Origin: a virus
Lineage: Duplodnaviria; Heunggongvirae; Uroviricota; Caudoviricetes
Direction: 5' to 3' (one strand)
DNA: 35,675 nucleotides
Virus record (IMG/VR): IMGVR_UViG_2563366934_000005
Position numbers and translations under genes: made by a program
Shown: positions 26,783 through 35,675 of the stretch, piece by piece
Position numbering within the stretch: the first letter of the stretch is position 1
Layout: each line of letters opens with the position of its first letter
Notes under the pieces: model-generated
The model's database searches: none
Seen by the model: the letters and a program-made list of their open reading frames with translations, nothing else
What the model was told of the DNA's origin: nothing

Positions 26783-28999
26783 ATGGAACTTAGATTAAAA
26801 AATGTTACCAGTTATAAGAAAGACGCCTTCACAATACTGAATCTTGAAAAAAGAGTAAACATACTATACGGCCAAAATGGTTGTGGCAAATCTACCATTT
26901 CAAATTATTTCTACGACTCTACACACACAGATTATAACGAGTGTGAATGTACCCTTCTTGACAATTACAAACCTCTTGTTTACAACACTAAATTTATTGA
27001 AGATAATTTCTACAATGCACAGGAACAAAAAGGTGTTTTTACATTAAGTAAAGAAAATGCAGATATTGAAAAACAATTAATTGAAAAAGAAGCAATTAAA
27101 CAGCAACTCACAGAGCAATATAGACAAAAAAAAGGAGTGTTATTGAAATTAGAAGCAGAAATGGAAAAAAAAGAAAATGAATACATCGAATCGATCTGGA
27201 AAAAAACAGAACCAATCAGAAACTCTGTACTAAAAACCTTAATGAAAGGTAAAGTTGGCTATAAAAGACCTTTTTTTGAGATGATAAAATCATCCTCACC
27301 AATCACCTTTATTAATTTAAATGATATAGCAAAAGAATACTCTATACTATTAGAAAATAGAAACAATGAAACCGCATTAATAACTCCTTTACATCCATAT
27401 ATCCCATCAATTGATGATGTAAATACATTAGCAACACCTATAATAGATACAAGCAATAGCTATTTATCAGAAACCATTAATAAACTTCATAATCTTGACT
27501 GGGTAAAAAAAGGTAAAGAACATTATTTAGACGGTTCTACATGTCCGTTTTGTCAGGAAAAAACTATTAGTCACGAATTTTTAAATGCCCTTAAATCAAT
27601 ATTTGACGAAAGTTATTCAAAGAAAGTAAAACAGCTCTCAGATATAAAGTCAGTTTATGAGAAAAATACTATATATCATTTTAACGAAATACAAAACAAT
27701 ATATCATCATGTGCACTAATCAATGAGAAAGATAAAGAGAACATTATTTCCAATATTAAAATATTGCAAAACATTGCAGAAAAAAATTTAATAAACATTA
27801 TTGATAAGATCAACAATCCATCAACATGCGTTACATTAGAAATTGATAAAGAACTAGAAAATCATGTTCAGGAAAGCATAGGCGCTGTTAACAAGAAAAT
27901 AAGAGACATAAATGATAAGGTTAAAAAACTCAAAGAGTATGAGAATAAAATCGGAAAACAAGTTTGGGGGGCTCTCCATGCTTTTTGCAGCGATGATTTA
28001 GAGAATTTATCCAAACACAAAGAAAAATTCTTTGATATCAAAAAGAAAGTTCATGATGAATTAAATAATATTGAGCAACAAGGAAAAGAAAATAATCTCA
28101 CAATAAAAGCATTGCGAGATAAAATATCTAACATTGATTCTACGATAGACTCAATAAACACCCATTTAAAAAATCTAGGGATCTCTGGTTTTTGTATTGA
28201 AAAACATGCAGAAAGAAAAGATATGTACATTATATCTCGACCAGGGCATACAAAAAACCAAAATGTTTATAGATCTCTTAGCGAAGGTGAAAAAACACTA
28301 ATAACGTTTCTTTATTTTTTAGAGTGCTGTAAAGGTAAAACCGATAAAAATGATACCGATAGCAGGGATATTTTTATTGTTATTGACGATCCAATATCTA
28401 GTCTATCGCAAAACTATGTCTACGACATCGCATCAATTATTCATCACCACATTATAAAAAATGAATTAACAAAGAAGGTATTAATCCTTACTCACAATCT
28501 TTATTTCTTTCATGAACTTATTAAGCTATCTCCTAAAAGCAGAGAAGACAAACTATTTAAGAAAAACTATTATCTAGGTAGAGTAACGAAAAATGATTTT
28601 AGTATAATTACTGAAATACAAAAAAACAGCATACAGAATGAATATCAATCTTTGTGGCAAATATTAAAAGATGCAAAAGATGGCAAAGCAAACAAAATCA
28701 TAATACCGAATATTATGAGAAACATACTAGAATATTATTTTGCATTTGTTCATAGAACAGATGCTCTACAAGATGAATTAACAAAGTTGGCACGCGACGA
28801 TAGCAACAGTGATTTCAAAGCATTCTACAGATACATTAACAGAGGTTCTCACTCTGATGCGGTAAATATTACTGATATGGGCGACATAGACCCAGATAAA
28901 TACCTAAAACAATTGAGAACAATATTTTCAGCTACTGGTGACGAAATGCATTATTTAAAAATGATGGACGAACTAGAAGAGGAGAACGTTACCGCTTAG
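26783..28999 (+). CDS. RloC/PrrC-like ABC-type ATPase with CxxC zinc-hook-like insert and C-terminal HEPN-like nuclease motif (putative anticodon nuclease / defence protein)
   Basis: 738-aa AT-rich ORF with GAGG ribosome-binding site. Walker A GQNGCGKST (aa 30-38), signature-like LSEGEK (499-504), Walker B IFIVIDDP (531-538) and H-loop LILTHN. A roughly 400-aa Lys/Glu-rich insert carries CPFC (254-257). C-terminal RNILE (646-650) and RYINRGSH (683-690) fit R-x3-E and R-x6-H. Confidence 0.55.
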   Translation: MELRLKNVTSYKKDAFTILNLEKRVNILYGQNGCGKSTISNYFYDSTHTDYNECECTLLDNYKPLVYNTKFIEDNFYNAQEQKGVFTLSKENADIEKQLIEKEAIKQQLTEQYRQKKGVLLKLEAEMEKKENEYIESIWKKTEPIRNSVLKTLMKGKVGYKRPFFEMIKSSSPITFINLNDIAKEYSILLENRNNETALITPLHPYIPSIDDVNTLATPIIDTSNSYLSETINKLHNLDWVKKGKEHYLDGSTCPFCQEKTISHEFLNALKSIFDESYSKKVKQLSDIKSVYEKNTIYHFNEIQNNISSCALINEKDKENIISNIKILQNIAEKNLINIIDKINNPSTCVTLEIDKELENHVQESIGAVNKKIRDINDKVKKLKEYENKIGKQVWGALHAFCSDDLENLSKHKEKFFDIKKKVHDELNNIEQQGKENNLTIKALRDKISNIDSTIDSINTHLKNLGISGFCIEKHAERKDMYIISRPGHTKNQNVYRSLSEGEKTLITFLYFLECCKGKTDKNDTDSRDIFIVIDDPISSLSQNYVYDIASIIHHHIIKNELTKKVLILTHNLYFFHELIKLSPKSREDKLFKKNYYLGRVTKNDFSIITEIQKNSIQNEYQSLWQILKDAKDGKANKIIIPNIMRNILEYYFAFVHRTDALQDELTKLARDDSNSDFKAFYRYINRGSHSDAVNITDMGDIDPDKYLKQLRTIFSATGDEMHYLKMMDELEEENVTA

Positions 29000-29026
29000 G
29001 CCGCATATTATCGTTTTGGGTAAGAA

Positions 29027-29046
29027 CGACGGTGCTTACGCACCGT
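29027..29046 (+). terminator. weak hairpin downstream of the 738-aa gene
   Basis: GACGGTGC-TTAC-GCACCGTC stem-loop 28 nt after the stop, but no U-tract. Confidence 0.25.
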
Positions 29047-29222
29047 CTCCCAACGCCCAAAGCGGTAGCGGTTGTACTGGCGTACATTCACTAGCTTTAA
29101 CATGAGGCAATCTCCATGCCAGCACTATTGTTGCCAATAGCAGCCTTTATACCCTTTGTACAAAGCTAATACCAAGAGTAATGCAAAGTAGATGTCCCAA
29201 GCGGTAACGGGGCTATTCTATG

Positions 29223-31514
29223 TCAAACACAGAAAAAATCAAAGCGCCCTATGAATCCCCCCCAACCATCAGCGACCGGATACGTGAATTTTTTCCCGTC
29301 ATAATTTACGGTCGCTCCACGCGCCAGCGCCTCAAGCTCCCATCGCTGCGGCATGATACCGTTCTGAGCAAGGTCAACGCGGATACGGGTGATTTGCAAT
29401 CGTTCAGACCTGGTCAGTCTGGCAGATGGTGCAATTTCATGCGGTTTTAACGGGCTTCCGTTTCTTTGCTGACGGTTTGGCGTTCTCAGGTCGTATTTTA
29501 ATGCGCCCCTGAGCGCCCTCACGACCTCCGGTTCATTCCATTCAATAACACCGTCATCAACCAGATTAAGCACTGCTGCGGCGTGCTCAGAAGGTGTGGG
29601 AGCCGGTAACGAAGTATCACCACCGGTGAGCTTTCCACAGTTATTGACAGGACTCCGAGGCGCGGCGATGCCGCTTTTTAAAGTCAAAGGCTCAACGACC
29701 GGAACTTTCGGCACAATGCGCCAGTCCGTCGTTCTGGTGATATGAATATGACGCGCGCCGAGATGCGGCGCGTAAATGCCGACCACTCTCTCGACTTCTT
29801 CCTCGTACTCGTTAACGTCATCCGACGGGCTACGGGCGACTCTGACAGTCTGGCAATCACGCGGAACATTTGCCCCACCCTGCGCGCTGATATACAACGC
29901 AAAATCACCACTGTCTGCGGCGGCACGTGCAGCCTCAACGCGTTCGTCAAACTCATCAGCAATGCTGACGCCGCGAGGCAATTTGCGTAGTTCACGGTAA
30001 GCCCCCATTGTCGGCAGGCCAACCGTTTTAAATTGCGGGATGCGCCACGTTGACGCCCATGCGGTAACAGCCGCAGCAGTATCTTTCAGCGGCCTGCCGG
30101 TATCGTTATCGAGCTGACCATCCAGTGCATAGCCATCGATGTTTTTTGAGATGTATTTCGCGATATACCCCGCAGCACCGCCCCGGTTAAGATGTTTTGC
30201 CTGAAAACGGTTTCGCGCGGCTCCTCTTTCGTCGCCATCCTCTTTGAGCGCATAGCGACGCATGATTTCGATAATCTGGTTACGCTGGCGTGGATTACAA
30301 AAAAGCATCATATGCCAGTGCGGCGTTCCGTCGTGGTGTGGCTCGACGACTCGCAAACCGTAGACCTGTAAATCATTATCCTTGAATGCCGTGCGCATCA
30401 GGCTCCAGATACGACAGAGATAACGCTGCGCATCCTTTGGATTAAATGCCTCATCGTTCCAGCCGTGATTAAGCTGAACGGTTTTACTTTCGCCTTTTCT
30501 GACCTGACGAGTCGGGTGATACTTTGACGGCGCGGTCAGCGTGATAAACATCCCCACATCACCCTCTGCGGCGGCGTAACGCTCAATACCGGCAATGGTG
30601 TTCATCAGCTCCATCCGGCGAATTTCAGGATTAGAAATACTGCCCATCACCTTACTGATAAGGTCGATGCGCTCGCCGGTTTCCCTGTTTTCAAGGTCAC
30701 ACGATTTAAGAAATTCCAGATTTGCCTGGCGGCGCGCACGCACATCACGAATGGCGTGTTTACTGGCATAAGGAGAACGGTCTTTATTGACCTCCCCGAC
30801 AGCTATCAGTAACGCTTCATGCCAGCGCATACGCTGGCCTTTAAGCTGATGAGTCCACCACTCATCGTTAAACAGACGGGCAATGGCAGAATATGCCTGC
30901 CTCGTGGTCATCTGCCCTTTACGGTATTTTTTCCAGTAGAGAGGGGAAATATTGAAAGCACGTGCAGCGCCAGCAACATGACCATAGAGGTGAGCCTGCG
31001 CCTCATCCGTAAACAGCGATTCTTTTTCGCCATGCGCATCCACCCAGGCATCGCTGAGTTCCTCATACATCATGAAAAGCTGCGATGAGATACGGGCAGC
31101 AAACTTTTTCAGCTCCTTGTCATTCATTCCCGGCAGGCGCGCATAGTGGTCACGCTCTGCCAGAAACAGTAACGACGCGTCGGTGTTCATTTCATGGCGC
31201 TGATTCACACGCTCAATGCGCGGCCATAAACGACGCTGAAAAGTGGATGTGAGGAAATAAAACCCGTGTACCGGGCTTTTATTGCGCCGGATGTAGTCAT
31301 AGCGTGAAGTAAACAGCGAGCGCAAAAAGTAAGGCAGGCGGTTAATCGTGGATAAAACACCTTGCACCTGACGCATCTCGTCACGTGTAAGGGGTCTTTC
31401 GCGCCCGACGGCCTCGCGTGGCGCGTTCCATGCATAAGCACCGGTAAACGCCTTACCGGTGCCTGCAGCAAATGCTGAAGGAGGGACAAAACGCCCGGAG
31501 GCTTTAACGGCCAT
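29223..31514 (-). CDS. A: replication initiation protein A (rolling-circle nickase)
   Basis: About 763 aa from the ATG at 31514 (MAVKASGRFVPPSAF...), close to P2 gpA (about 761 aa). The track ORF is extended 14 codons upstream to a TTG. Confidence 0.85.
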   Translation of the reverse strand: MAVKASGRFVPPSAFAAGTGKAFTGAYAWNAPREAVGRERPLTRDEMRQVQGVLSTINRLPYFLRSLFTSRYDYIRRNKSPVHGFYFLTSTFQRRLWPRIERVNQRHEMNTDASLLFLAERDHYARLPGMNDKELKKFAARISSQLFMMYEELSDAWVDAHGEKESLFTDEAQAHLYGHVAGAARAFNISPLYWKKYRKGQMTTRQAYSAIARLFNDEWWTHQLKGQRMRWHEALLIAVGEVNKDRSPYASKHAIRDVRARRQANLEFLKSCDLENRETGERIDLISKVMGSISNPEIRRMELMNTIAGIERYAAAEGDVGMFITLTAPSKYHPTRQVRKGESKTVQLNHGWNDEAFNPKDAQRYLCRIWSLMRTAFKDNDLQVYGLRVVEPHHDGTPHWHMMLFCNPRQRNQIIEIMRRYALKEDGDERGAARNRFQAKHLNRGGAAGYIAKYISKNIDGYALDGQLDNDTGRPLKDTAAAVTAWASTWRIPQFKTVGLPTMGAYRELRKLPRGVSIADEFDERVEAARAAADSGDFALYISAQGGANVPRDCQTVRVARSPSDDVNEYEEEVERVVGIYAPHLGARHIHITRTTDWRIVPKVPVVEPLTLKSGIAAPRSPVNNCGKLTGGDTSLPAPTPSEHAAAVLNLVDDGVIEWNEPEVVRALRGALKYDLRTPNRQQRNGSPLKPHEIAPSARLTRSERLQITRIRVDLAQNGIMPQRWELEALARGATVNYDGKKFTYPVADGWGGFIGRFDFFCV

Positions 31515-31779
31515 ATGAGCCAAAAGCCTCTGAACAACGCCTGCTGAGTTGCTCAACCTGCGCGTTTAAATCAGCAAAAGACTTTGCGCTTCCGGTCAGA
31601 ATATCGTGATGCATCAGGCCGGAAACGAGCTGGCTTAATTTCGGATAATAACCAACCACCGCCAGCCATTCCTGACCGGCGTTTTTACCGCTTTCCGCTC
31701 TCTTTTTCTCGTGGAGAATAAACTGAAAGCTGTCACTGGTAACGACATAACGTTCGCCAATTTCAATACGAATACTCAT
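31504..31779 (-). CDS. small early-operon protein (P2 orf83 position)
   Basis: 91-aa ORF directly upstream of A in the early operon. Confidence 0.5.
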   Translation of the reverse strand: MSIRIEIGERYVVTSDSFQFILHEKKRAESGKNAGQEWLAVVGYYPKLSQLVSGLMHHDILTGSAKSFADLNAQVEQLSRRCSEAFGSYGR

Positions 31780-32000
31780 GCCGTTCTCCGGTAATGTTTG
31801 TTTTTTGCTTCAAAGACTGACTGGCAGGAAACACAACGCGTGGCTGACGGATAAGCCGCACGACGGGCAGCAGGTATTGGCGCGTCACACTCTTCGCAAA
31901 CCAGCGCAGAAGCTCCGCAATGTTTTACCCTTGCCGCGTTAATCTGACGCTCCAGTAATTCAGCCTGTTGTTCCTGAATAAAATCTACGTTGTCCGGCAT
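31776..32000 (-). CDS. TraR/DksA-like C4 zinc-finger protein (P2 orf82 position)
   Basis: 74-aa ORF with CGASALVCEEC ... CVSC (Cx6CxxC ... CxxC) pattern; translationally coupled to its neighbours. Confidence 0.55.
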   Translation of the reverse strand: MPDNVDFIQEQQAELLERQINAARVKHCGASALVCEECDAPIPAARRAAYPSATRCVSCQSVFEAKNKHYRRTA

Positions 32001-32305
32001 TACCAGTTCCTTTTGTCGTTAAGTTTTTTAAATTCATCAGCGCAATAGCTGGCAATTTCTGTCGTTAATTTCGTCAGTTCATCCACGGAGGAGATTTGCT
32101 TGTGAAATACAGCGCGTTTAACAAGTAAATTGACCACATCAGACAGGAGATTTAATTCGTTCTGATAAATCGCGATAACAGACTCAGTTATTTCGCGTTT
32201 TTCTTTATCAAGACCAAGTTGAATAAGAGATAGATCGCCATTTTTCATAACGGTGATTTTTAAGGCGTTATTCAGTAATACAACTGAACGAGAACAGGAC
32301 ATCAA
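32000..32305 (-). CDS. hypothetical early-operon protein (P2 orf81 position)
   Basis: 101-aa ORF with start/stop overlaps to its neighbours. Confidence 0.5.
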   Translation of the reverse strand: MMSCSRSVVLLNNALKITVMKNGDLSLIQLGLDKEKREITESVIAIYQNELNLLSDVVNLLVKRAVFHKQISSVDELTKLTTEIASYCADEFKKLNDKRNW

Positions 32306-32559
32306 AGCACCTCCCCGCGAGACAATCCGATATTGTGAAATTTTTCCGACTCCTGACTGAGCAGCTCGACTATCTCTACGCGGGATAACTCCGCCTTTGT
32401 GATGTGGCGAATCATGGCGTCAAGATGAGAAGAAAAGCGCGTCGCTGCGTCGGCCTGTGCTTCGGTTCTGGCCTGTTGCAGCAGTAATGCGTATTTACCG
32501 CACTGATTTTCAGAAACTGTATGCATGACTTTCTCCAGGCAAAAAGAAGCCCCGCACAA
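32302..32559 (-). CDS. hypothetical early-operon protein (P2 orf80 position)
   Basis: 85-aa ORF following B. Confidence 0.5.
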   Translation of the reverse strand: MCGASFCLEKVMHTVSENQCGKYALLLQQARTEAQADAATRFSSHLDAMIRHITKAELSRVEIVELLSQESEKFHNIGLSRGEVL

Positions 32560-32589
32560 TTAAGTGCGTTAAAAACTCTGGTTAATTAC

Positions 32590-33090
32590 TTAATGCAGAT
32601 ATTGCTCTGGTTTTACCGACGTCAGAATTGTCGGTGCATACTCAAACAGGCTGAATAATTCACGTAATGCACGGAATAAGGCATCACGCCAGTAACATGA
32701 TTCTTCATTAATTCGCCAGTATGGCTGGTTGAATTCTTTTTCAGTCAATCCGGCATGCATAAATAAAGTACGGCGCTGACTGACAGTTAAAAAGCTAATA
32801 TATGCATACTCACTTGCACCGACCTGACGGCGTTTTGAGAATGCCCCACGCAGTTCATCAATTGCACAAACCAGCCGTTCACGTTCGACGTCGTTCATTT
32901 CTTCAAAACGCATCGTTGCGTGACGCTGTTTTAACTGCGCATGGAAGCAAACCGTTAGCCGTTCGCGTTCCATCATCTGATTATAATAATCGCATGTCTC
33001 CTGCCAGCGAGGGACGGCCAGATGCTTACCAATTATCCGGCGCATAGCTGCTGGCTGTTTTTCAACGAGATTGAGCGTCATCACTGTCAT
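32590..33090 (-). CDS. B: replication protein B
   Basis: 166 aa, the P2 gpB length, between cox and A. Confidence 0.75.
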   Translation of the reverse strand: MTVMTLNLVEKQPAAMRRIIGKHLAVPRWQETCDYYNQMMERERLTVCFHAQLKQRHATMRFEEMNDVERERLVCAIDELRGAFSKRRQVGASEYAYISFLTVSQRRTLFMHAGLTEKEFNQPYWRINEESCYWRDALFRALRELFSLFEYAPTILTSVKPEQYLH

Positions 33091-33281
33091 TTCCAGACCC
33101 TCCGGCTTTTCAGAAAGGTCAGAGCCTTTTTTAACGGACTCTGTTTTTTGGTGCGGATAATGATTCCCTTACGCCCCTTACCGTGGGTGATGGTGAAGTC
33201 AATCGCCCTGGGGCTTTCGTTACGCAATAACTGAGCAATACAACGAGGCTCATTCATACGGTTCTCCTTAACGTGGTTCAC
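33087..33281 (-). CDS. small hypothetical protein (P2 orf78 position)
   Basis: 64-aa ORF between cox and B, overlapping both. Confidence 0.45.
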   Translation of the reverse strand: MNHVKENRMNEPRCIAQLLRNESPRAIDFTITHGKGRKGIIIRTKKQSPLKKALTFLKSRRVWK

Positions 33282-33543
33282 CGAGACCTAACCACATCAA
33301 CCAGCCGTCACGAATCTCTTTAGGACGGCTTTCATAAGCCAGTTTTAGTCCGTTATTCCATGCCGGAAGGTATACCCAATATTCACCAGCACGCCCCGAT
33401 ACTGACTGAGGGTCAGTAATCTCAATAACTGGTAATTTCCCTTTCTCAATCATGCCCCTTACAGCTCTTGGAGTTTTACCAATGAGTTTTGCAAACTCCT
33501 GATAAGGCACGGCATCAGTCACGCTTACAAGCTGTCTATTCAT
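33268..33543 (-). CDS. cox: Cox excisionase / early-lytic regulator
   Basis: 91 aa, the P2 Cox length; first gene of the early operon, divergent from C. Confidence 0.75.
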   Translation of the reverse strand: MNRQLVSVTDAVPYQEFAKLIGKTPRAVRGMIEKGKLPVIEITDPQSVSGRAGEYWVYLPAWNNGLKLAYESRPKEIRDGWLMWLGLGEPR

Positions 33544-33664
33544 CTGCTACGATTCTCCCTTAGTGCTTCTAATGGCTCCTAATGGCTAATTATTGCCTAA
33601 AAGGATAACTCCAGAAGCGCAACATTTCACACTATCAGCAAGAAATTACGCAATCGGAGTAATT
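33544..33664. promoter_or_regulatory. immunity switch region (Pe/Pc promoters and operators)
   Basis: 121-bp region between cox and C. Contains a 10-bp-period direct repeat, CTAATGGCT at about 33569-33577 and 33579-33587, consistent with P2-type C repressor operators being direct repeats. Confidence 0.5.
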
Positions 33665-33964
33665 ATGTCAATAGACGTTTCGGAGAAGTTGAAGCTAATC
33701 CGTGAATCTGAAAGGTTAAACCGTAAAGAATTCAGTGAATTAACTGGTGTAGCCTACAGCTCACTTTCGAGCTATGAGAGCCGGTCAAAAAACGCTGGAG
33801 TTGAAGCCATAATGAAAGTCTTACAACATCCCAGATTTACTAAATATACTTTGTGGTTCATGACTGATCAGGTAGCTCCAGAAGCCGGGCAAATTGCGCC
33901 CGCTCTCGCACACTTTGGGCAAAACGAAACAACGTCGCCCCACTCCGGTCAAAAGACTGGTTAA
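33665..33964 (+). CDS. C: immunity repressor C
   Basis: 99 aa from the ATG at 33665 (MSIDVSEKLKLIRESERLNRKEF...) with a GGAG ribosome-binding site, the P2 C length. C-terminal ...TKYTLWFMTDQVAPEAGQIAPALAHFGQNETTSPHSGQKTG. Confidence 0.75.
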   Translation: MSIDVSEKLKLIRESERLNRKEFSELTGVAYSSLSSYESRSKNAGVEAIMKVLQHPRFTKYTLWFMTDQVAPEAGQIAPALAHFGQNETTSPHSGQKTG

Positions 33965-34079
33965 CAATTTATCGCGAATATATTCATCACAAGTGCCTAC
34001 TATTGGTGGCTAAATTTCAGCCACCACGAAAAAAGCGATTAGTAGTAGCAAAAAAAAGTACCACTCGGAGGGTTTTCTG

Positions 34080-35093
34080 ATGGCAATCAAAAAACTCGAT
34101 GATGGTCGATATGAAGTGGACATCCGCCCTACTGGACGTAACGGAAAACGCATCCGTAGGAAGTTTGATAAGAAAAGCGAAGCTGTCGCTTTCGAAAAAT
34201 ACACGTTGTACAACCACCACAATAAAGAATGGCTATCAAAACCAACAGACAAACGACGTCTGTCGGAACTGACACAGATCTGGTGGGATTTAAAGGGTAA
34301 ACACGAAGAGCATGGGAAATCTAATCTTGGAAAAATTGAAATCTTCACAAAAATAACGAATGACCCATGCGCATTTCAAATCACGAAATCCCTTATCAGC
34401 CAGTACTGCGCCACCCGAAGAAGTCAGGGTATTAAACCTTCGAGTATCAATCGTGATTTAACATGTATTAGCGGCATGTTTACAGCCCTGATTGAAGCGG
34501 AGTTATTCTTTGGTGAGCACCCTATCAGAGGGACAAAGAGGCTTAAGGAGGAAAAACCAGAAACAGGCTATCTCACACAGGAAGAAATTGCCTTACTGCT
34601 TGCAGCACTTGACGGCGACAACAAAAAGATTGCGATTCTTTGCCTGAGTACAGGAGCACGTTGGGGAGAAGCAGCTCGTTTGAAAGCAGAAAATATCATC
34701 CATAACCGCGTCACGTTTGTTAAAACGAAAACAAACAAACCACGCACCGTCCCGATCTCAGAGGCTGTTGCCAAAATGATCGCGGATAACAAACGAGGTT
34801 TTTTATTCCCTGATGCTGATTACCCTCGCTTCAGAAGAACAATGAAAGCAATAAAACCGGATTTGCCAATGGGGCAAGCCACACATGCACTAAGGCACAG
34901 CTTTGCCACTCATTTCATGATTAATGGAGGAAGTATTATCACGCTACAACGGATACTAGGTCACACGCGGATTGAGCAAACTATGGTTTACGCTCATTTT
35001 GCGCCAGAGTACCTTCAGGACGCCATTTCTCTTAATCCGCTAAGAGGTGGTACTGAGGCCGAGAGTGTCCACACAGTGTCCACAGTAGAGTAA
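34080..35093 (+). CDS. int: tyrosine integrase
   Basis: 337 aa, the P2 Int length. C-terminal catalytic motifs ...HALRHSFATHF...LGHTRIEQTMVYAHF (R, H-x-x-R, Y). Adjacent to attL. Confidence 0.9.
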   Translation: MAIKKLDDGRYEVDIRPTGRNGKRIRRKFDKKSEAVAFEKYTLYNHHNKEWLSKPTDKRRLSELTQIWWDLKGKHEEHGKSNLGKIEIFTKITNDPCAFQITKSLISQYCATRRSQGIKPSSINRDLTCISGMFTALIEAELFFGEHPIRGTKRLKEEKPETGYLTQEEIALLLAALDGDNKKIAILCLSTGARWGEAARLKAENIIHNRVTFVKTKTNKPRTVPISEAVAKMIADNKRGFLFPDADYPRFRRTMKAIKPDLPMGQATHALRHSFATHFMINGGSIITLQRILGHTRIEQTMVYAHFAPEYLQDAISLNPLRGGTEAESVHTVSTVE

Positions 35094-35172
35094 CGTTTAA
35101 GGGCTTTCAGTGGTAATTTATGCCGCTCAAACCCGCATTGTACCGTTGAAAGCCCCTACTGGTGACACCCTA

Positions 35173-35200
35173 AATCTCCCTTACACGGGCTTATTTTTTA
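35173..35200. repeat. prophage attL core (28-bp direct repeat; displaced copy of the cyaR 3' end)
   Basis: Identical to 1507-1534, but it lacks the upstream half of the cyaR terminator stem, so it is a partial cyaR 3' copy. Confidence 0.85.
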
Positions 35201-35357
35201 TGCATAAGCCCTATCCCTGGTCACCGTCTTCCATTGACCACATCGATAGAATCTCCCTTCATAGCACGATGCCTTTCACGTAACGGCATCGTGCTCGCAC
35301 AGGTTCCGGCTAAGCACAACCAGAACGCGCATGTTTGACGCTTACCAAAAAATATTC

Positions 35358-35675
35358 TCACTCTCCACATTTGAATGTCAGACGAGCGACGCCATGTAAT
35401 CCTGCACCTTCTGTCTTCAGGTCAACTATCTGCATTTTTTTGCCCTGAGTAACACAGAAATGGGCTGCATCATTTTTTACTATATTTTCTGCACCAGATA
35501 TTCTGCCCCTGGCTAAAGAAGCTTCGGCTTCGGTGTAGTATTGGTTATCGAGTTTACGCTGAATATTACTTTTATATGCAAGACCAAATTTACCGATACT
35601 TGTCTCATCATTATGCACAGCACAACCAGACACAATAAAAATACTAATTAATGATATAGCAGCTATCTTTTTCAT
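35358..35675 (-). CDS. yegR: host lipoprotein (yegR-like)
   Basis: 105-aa ORF with the ATG at the window edge (35673-35675). Signal peptide MKKIAAISLISIFIVSGC with a lipobox. Length and position downstream of the cyaR locus match my recollection of K-12 yegR. Confidence 0.6.
   Translation of the reverse strand: MKKIAAISLISIFIVSGCAVHNDETSIGKFGLAYKSNIQRKLDNQYYTEAEASLARGRISGAENIVKNDAAHFCVTQGKKMQIVDLKTEGAGLHGVARLTFKCGE

Larger units (their letters stand above)
1507..35200. mobile_element. complete P2-like (Peduovirus) prophage integrated at cyaR
   Basis: Bounded by the 28-bp direct repeats. Contains the full P2 gene order with P2-like protein lengths, a cos site, and a tyrosine integrase next to attL. 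Confidence 0.9.

Noticed and set aside
26783-28999. Calling the 738-aa cargo protein an OLD (ATPase-TOPRIM) homologue because it sits where P2 old sits
   Set aside because: No TOPRIM-like E / DxD motifs were seen in the C-terminal region, whereas a CxxC-bearing insert and R-x3-E / R-x6-H motifs fit RloC/PrrC better. A profile search is still needed.
29220-29450. 76-aa plus-strand ORF at the end of the A gene
   Set aside because: Antisense to the C-terminal codons of A; no independent support.
35263-35295. 11-bp-stem palindrome downstream of the yegR-like gene as its intrinsic terminator
   Set aside because: No U-tract on either strand after the hairpin; more likely a protein-binding site or vestigial att-arm element.

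Overview
Enterobacterial (E. coli-like) chromosomal segment carrying a complete ~33.7-kb P2-like prophage integrated into the 3' end of the sRNA gene cyaR. Host genes flank it: yegQ and cyaR on the left, a yegR-like lipoprotein gene on the right. The prophage is bounded by an identical 28-bp direct repeat (1507-1534 and 35173-35200) and shows the full P2 gene order with P2-matching protein lengths: ogr-D-U-T-E/E'-FII-FI, G-H-I-J-W-V, S-R-lysCBA-K-Y-X-L-M-N-O, P-Q-cos, A-B-cox, C-int. Three AT-rich cargo islands sit at the P2 moron positions: the Z/fun site (two genes, one with an ImmA/IrrE-like HExxH core), the orf30 site (a 3-TM membrane protein) and the old/tin site next to cos (a 738-aa RloC/PrrC-like ABC ATPase with a CxxC zinc-hook-like insert and a C-terminal HEPN-like motif). 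These cargo genes are the best candidates for an undescribed or poorly described anti-phage system. Tail fibre gene H is broken by a frameshift inside a 132-bp tandem repeat array. CDS boundaries follow the ORF track, with starts trimmed where an ATG and P2 protein length support it; hand-mapped motif coordinates are approximate (about +/-2 nt). All homology statements are from memory of P2 and E. coli K-12, not from a database search.
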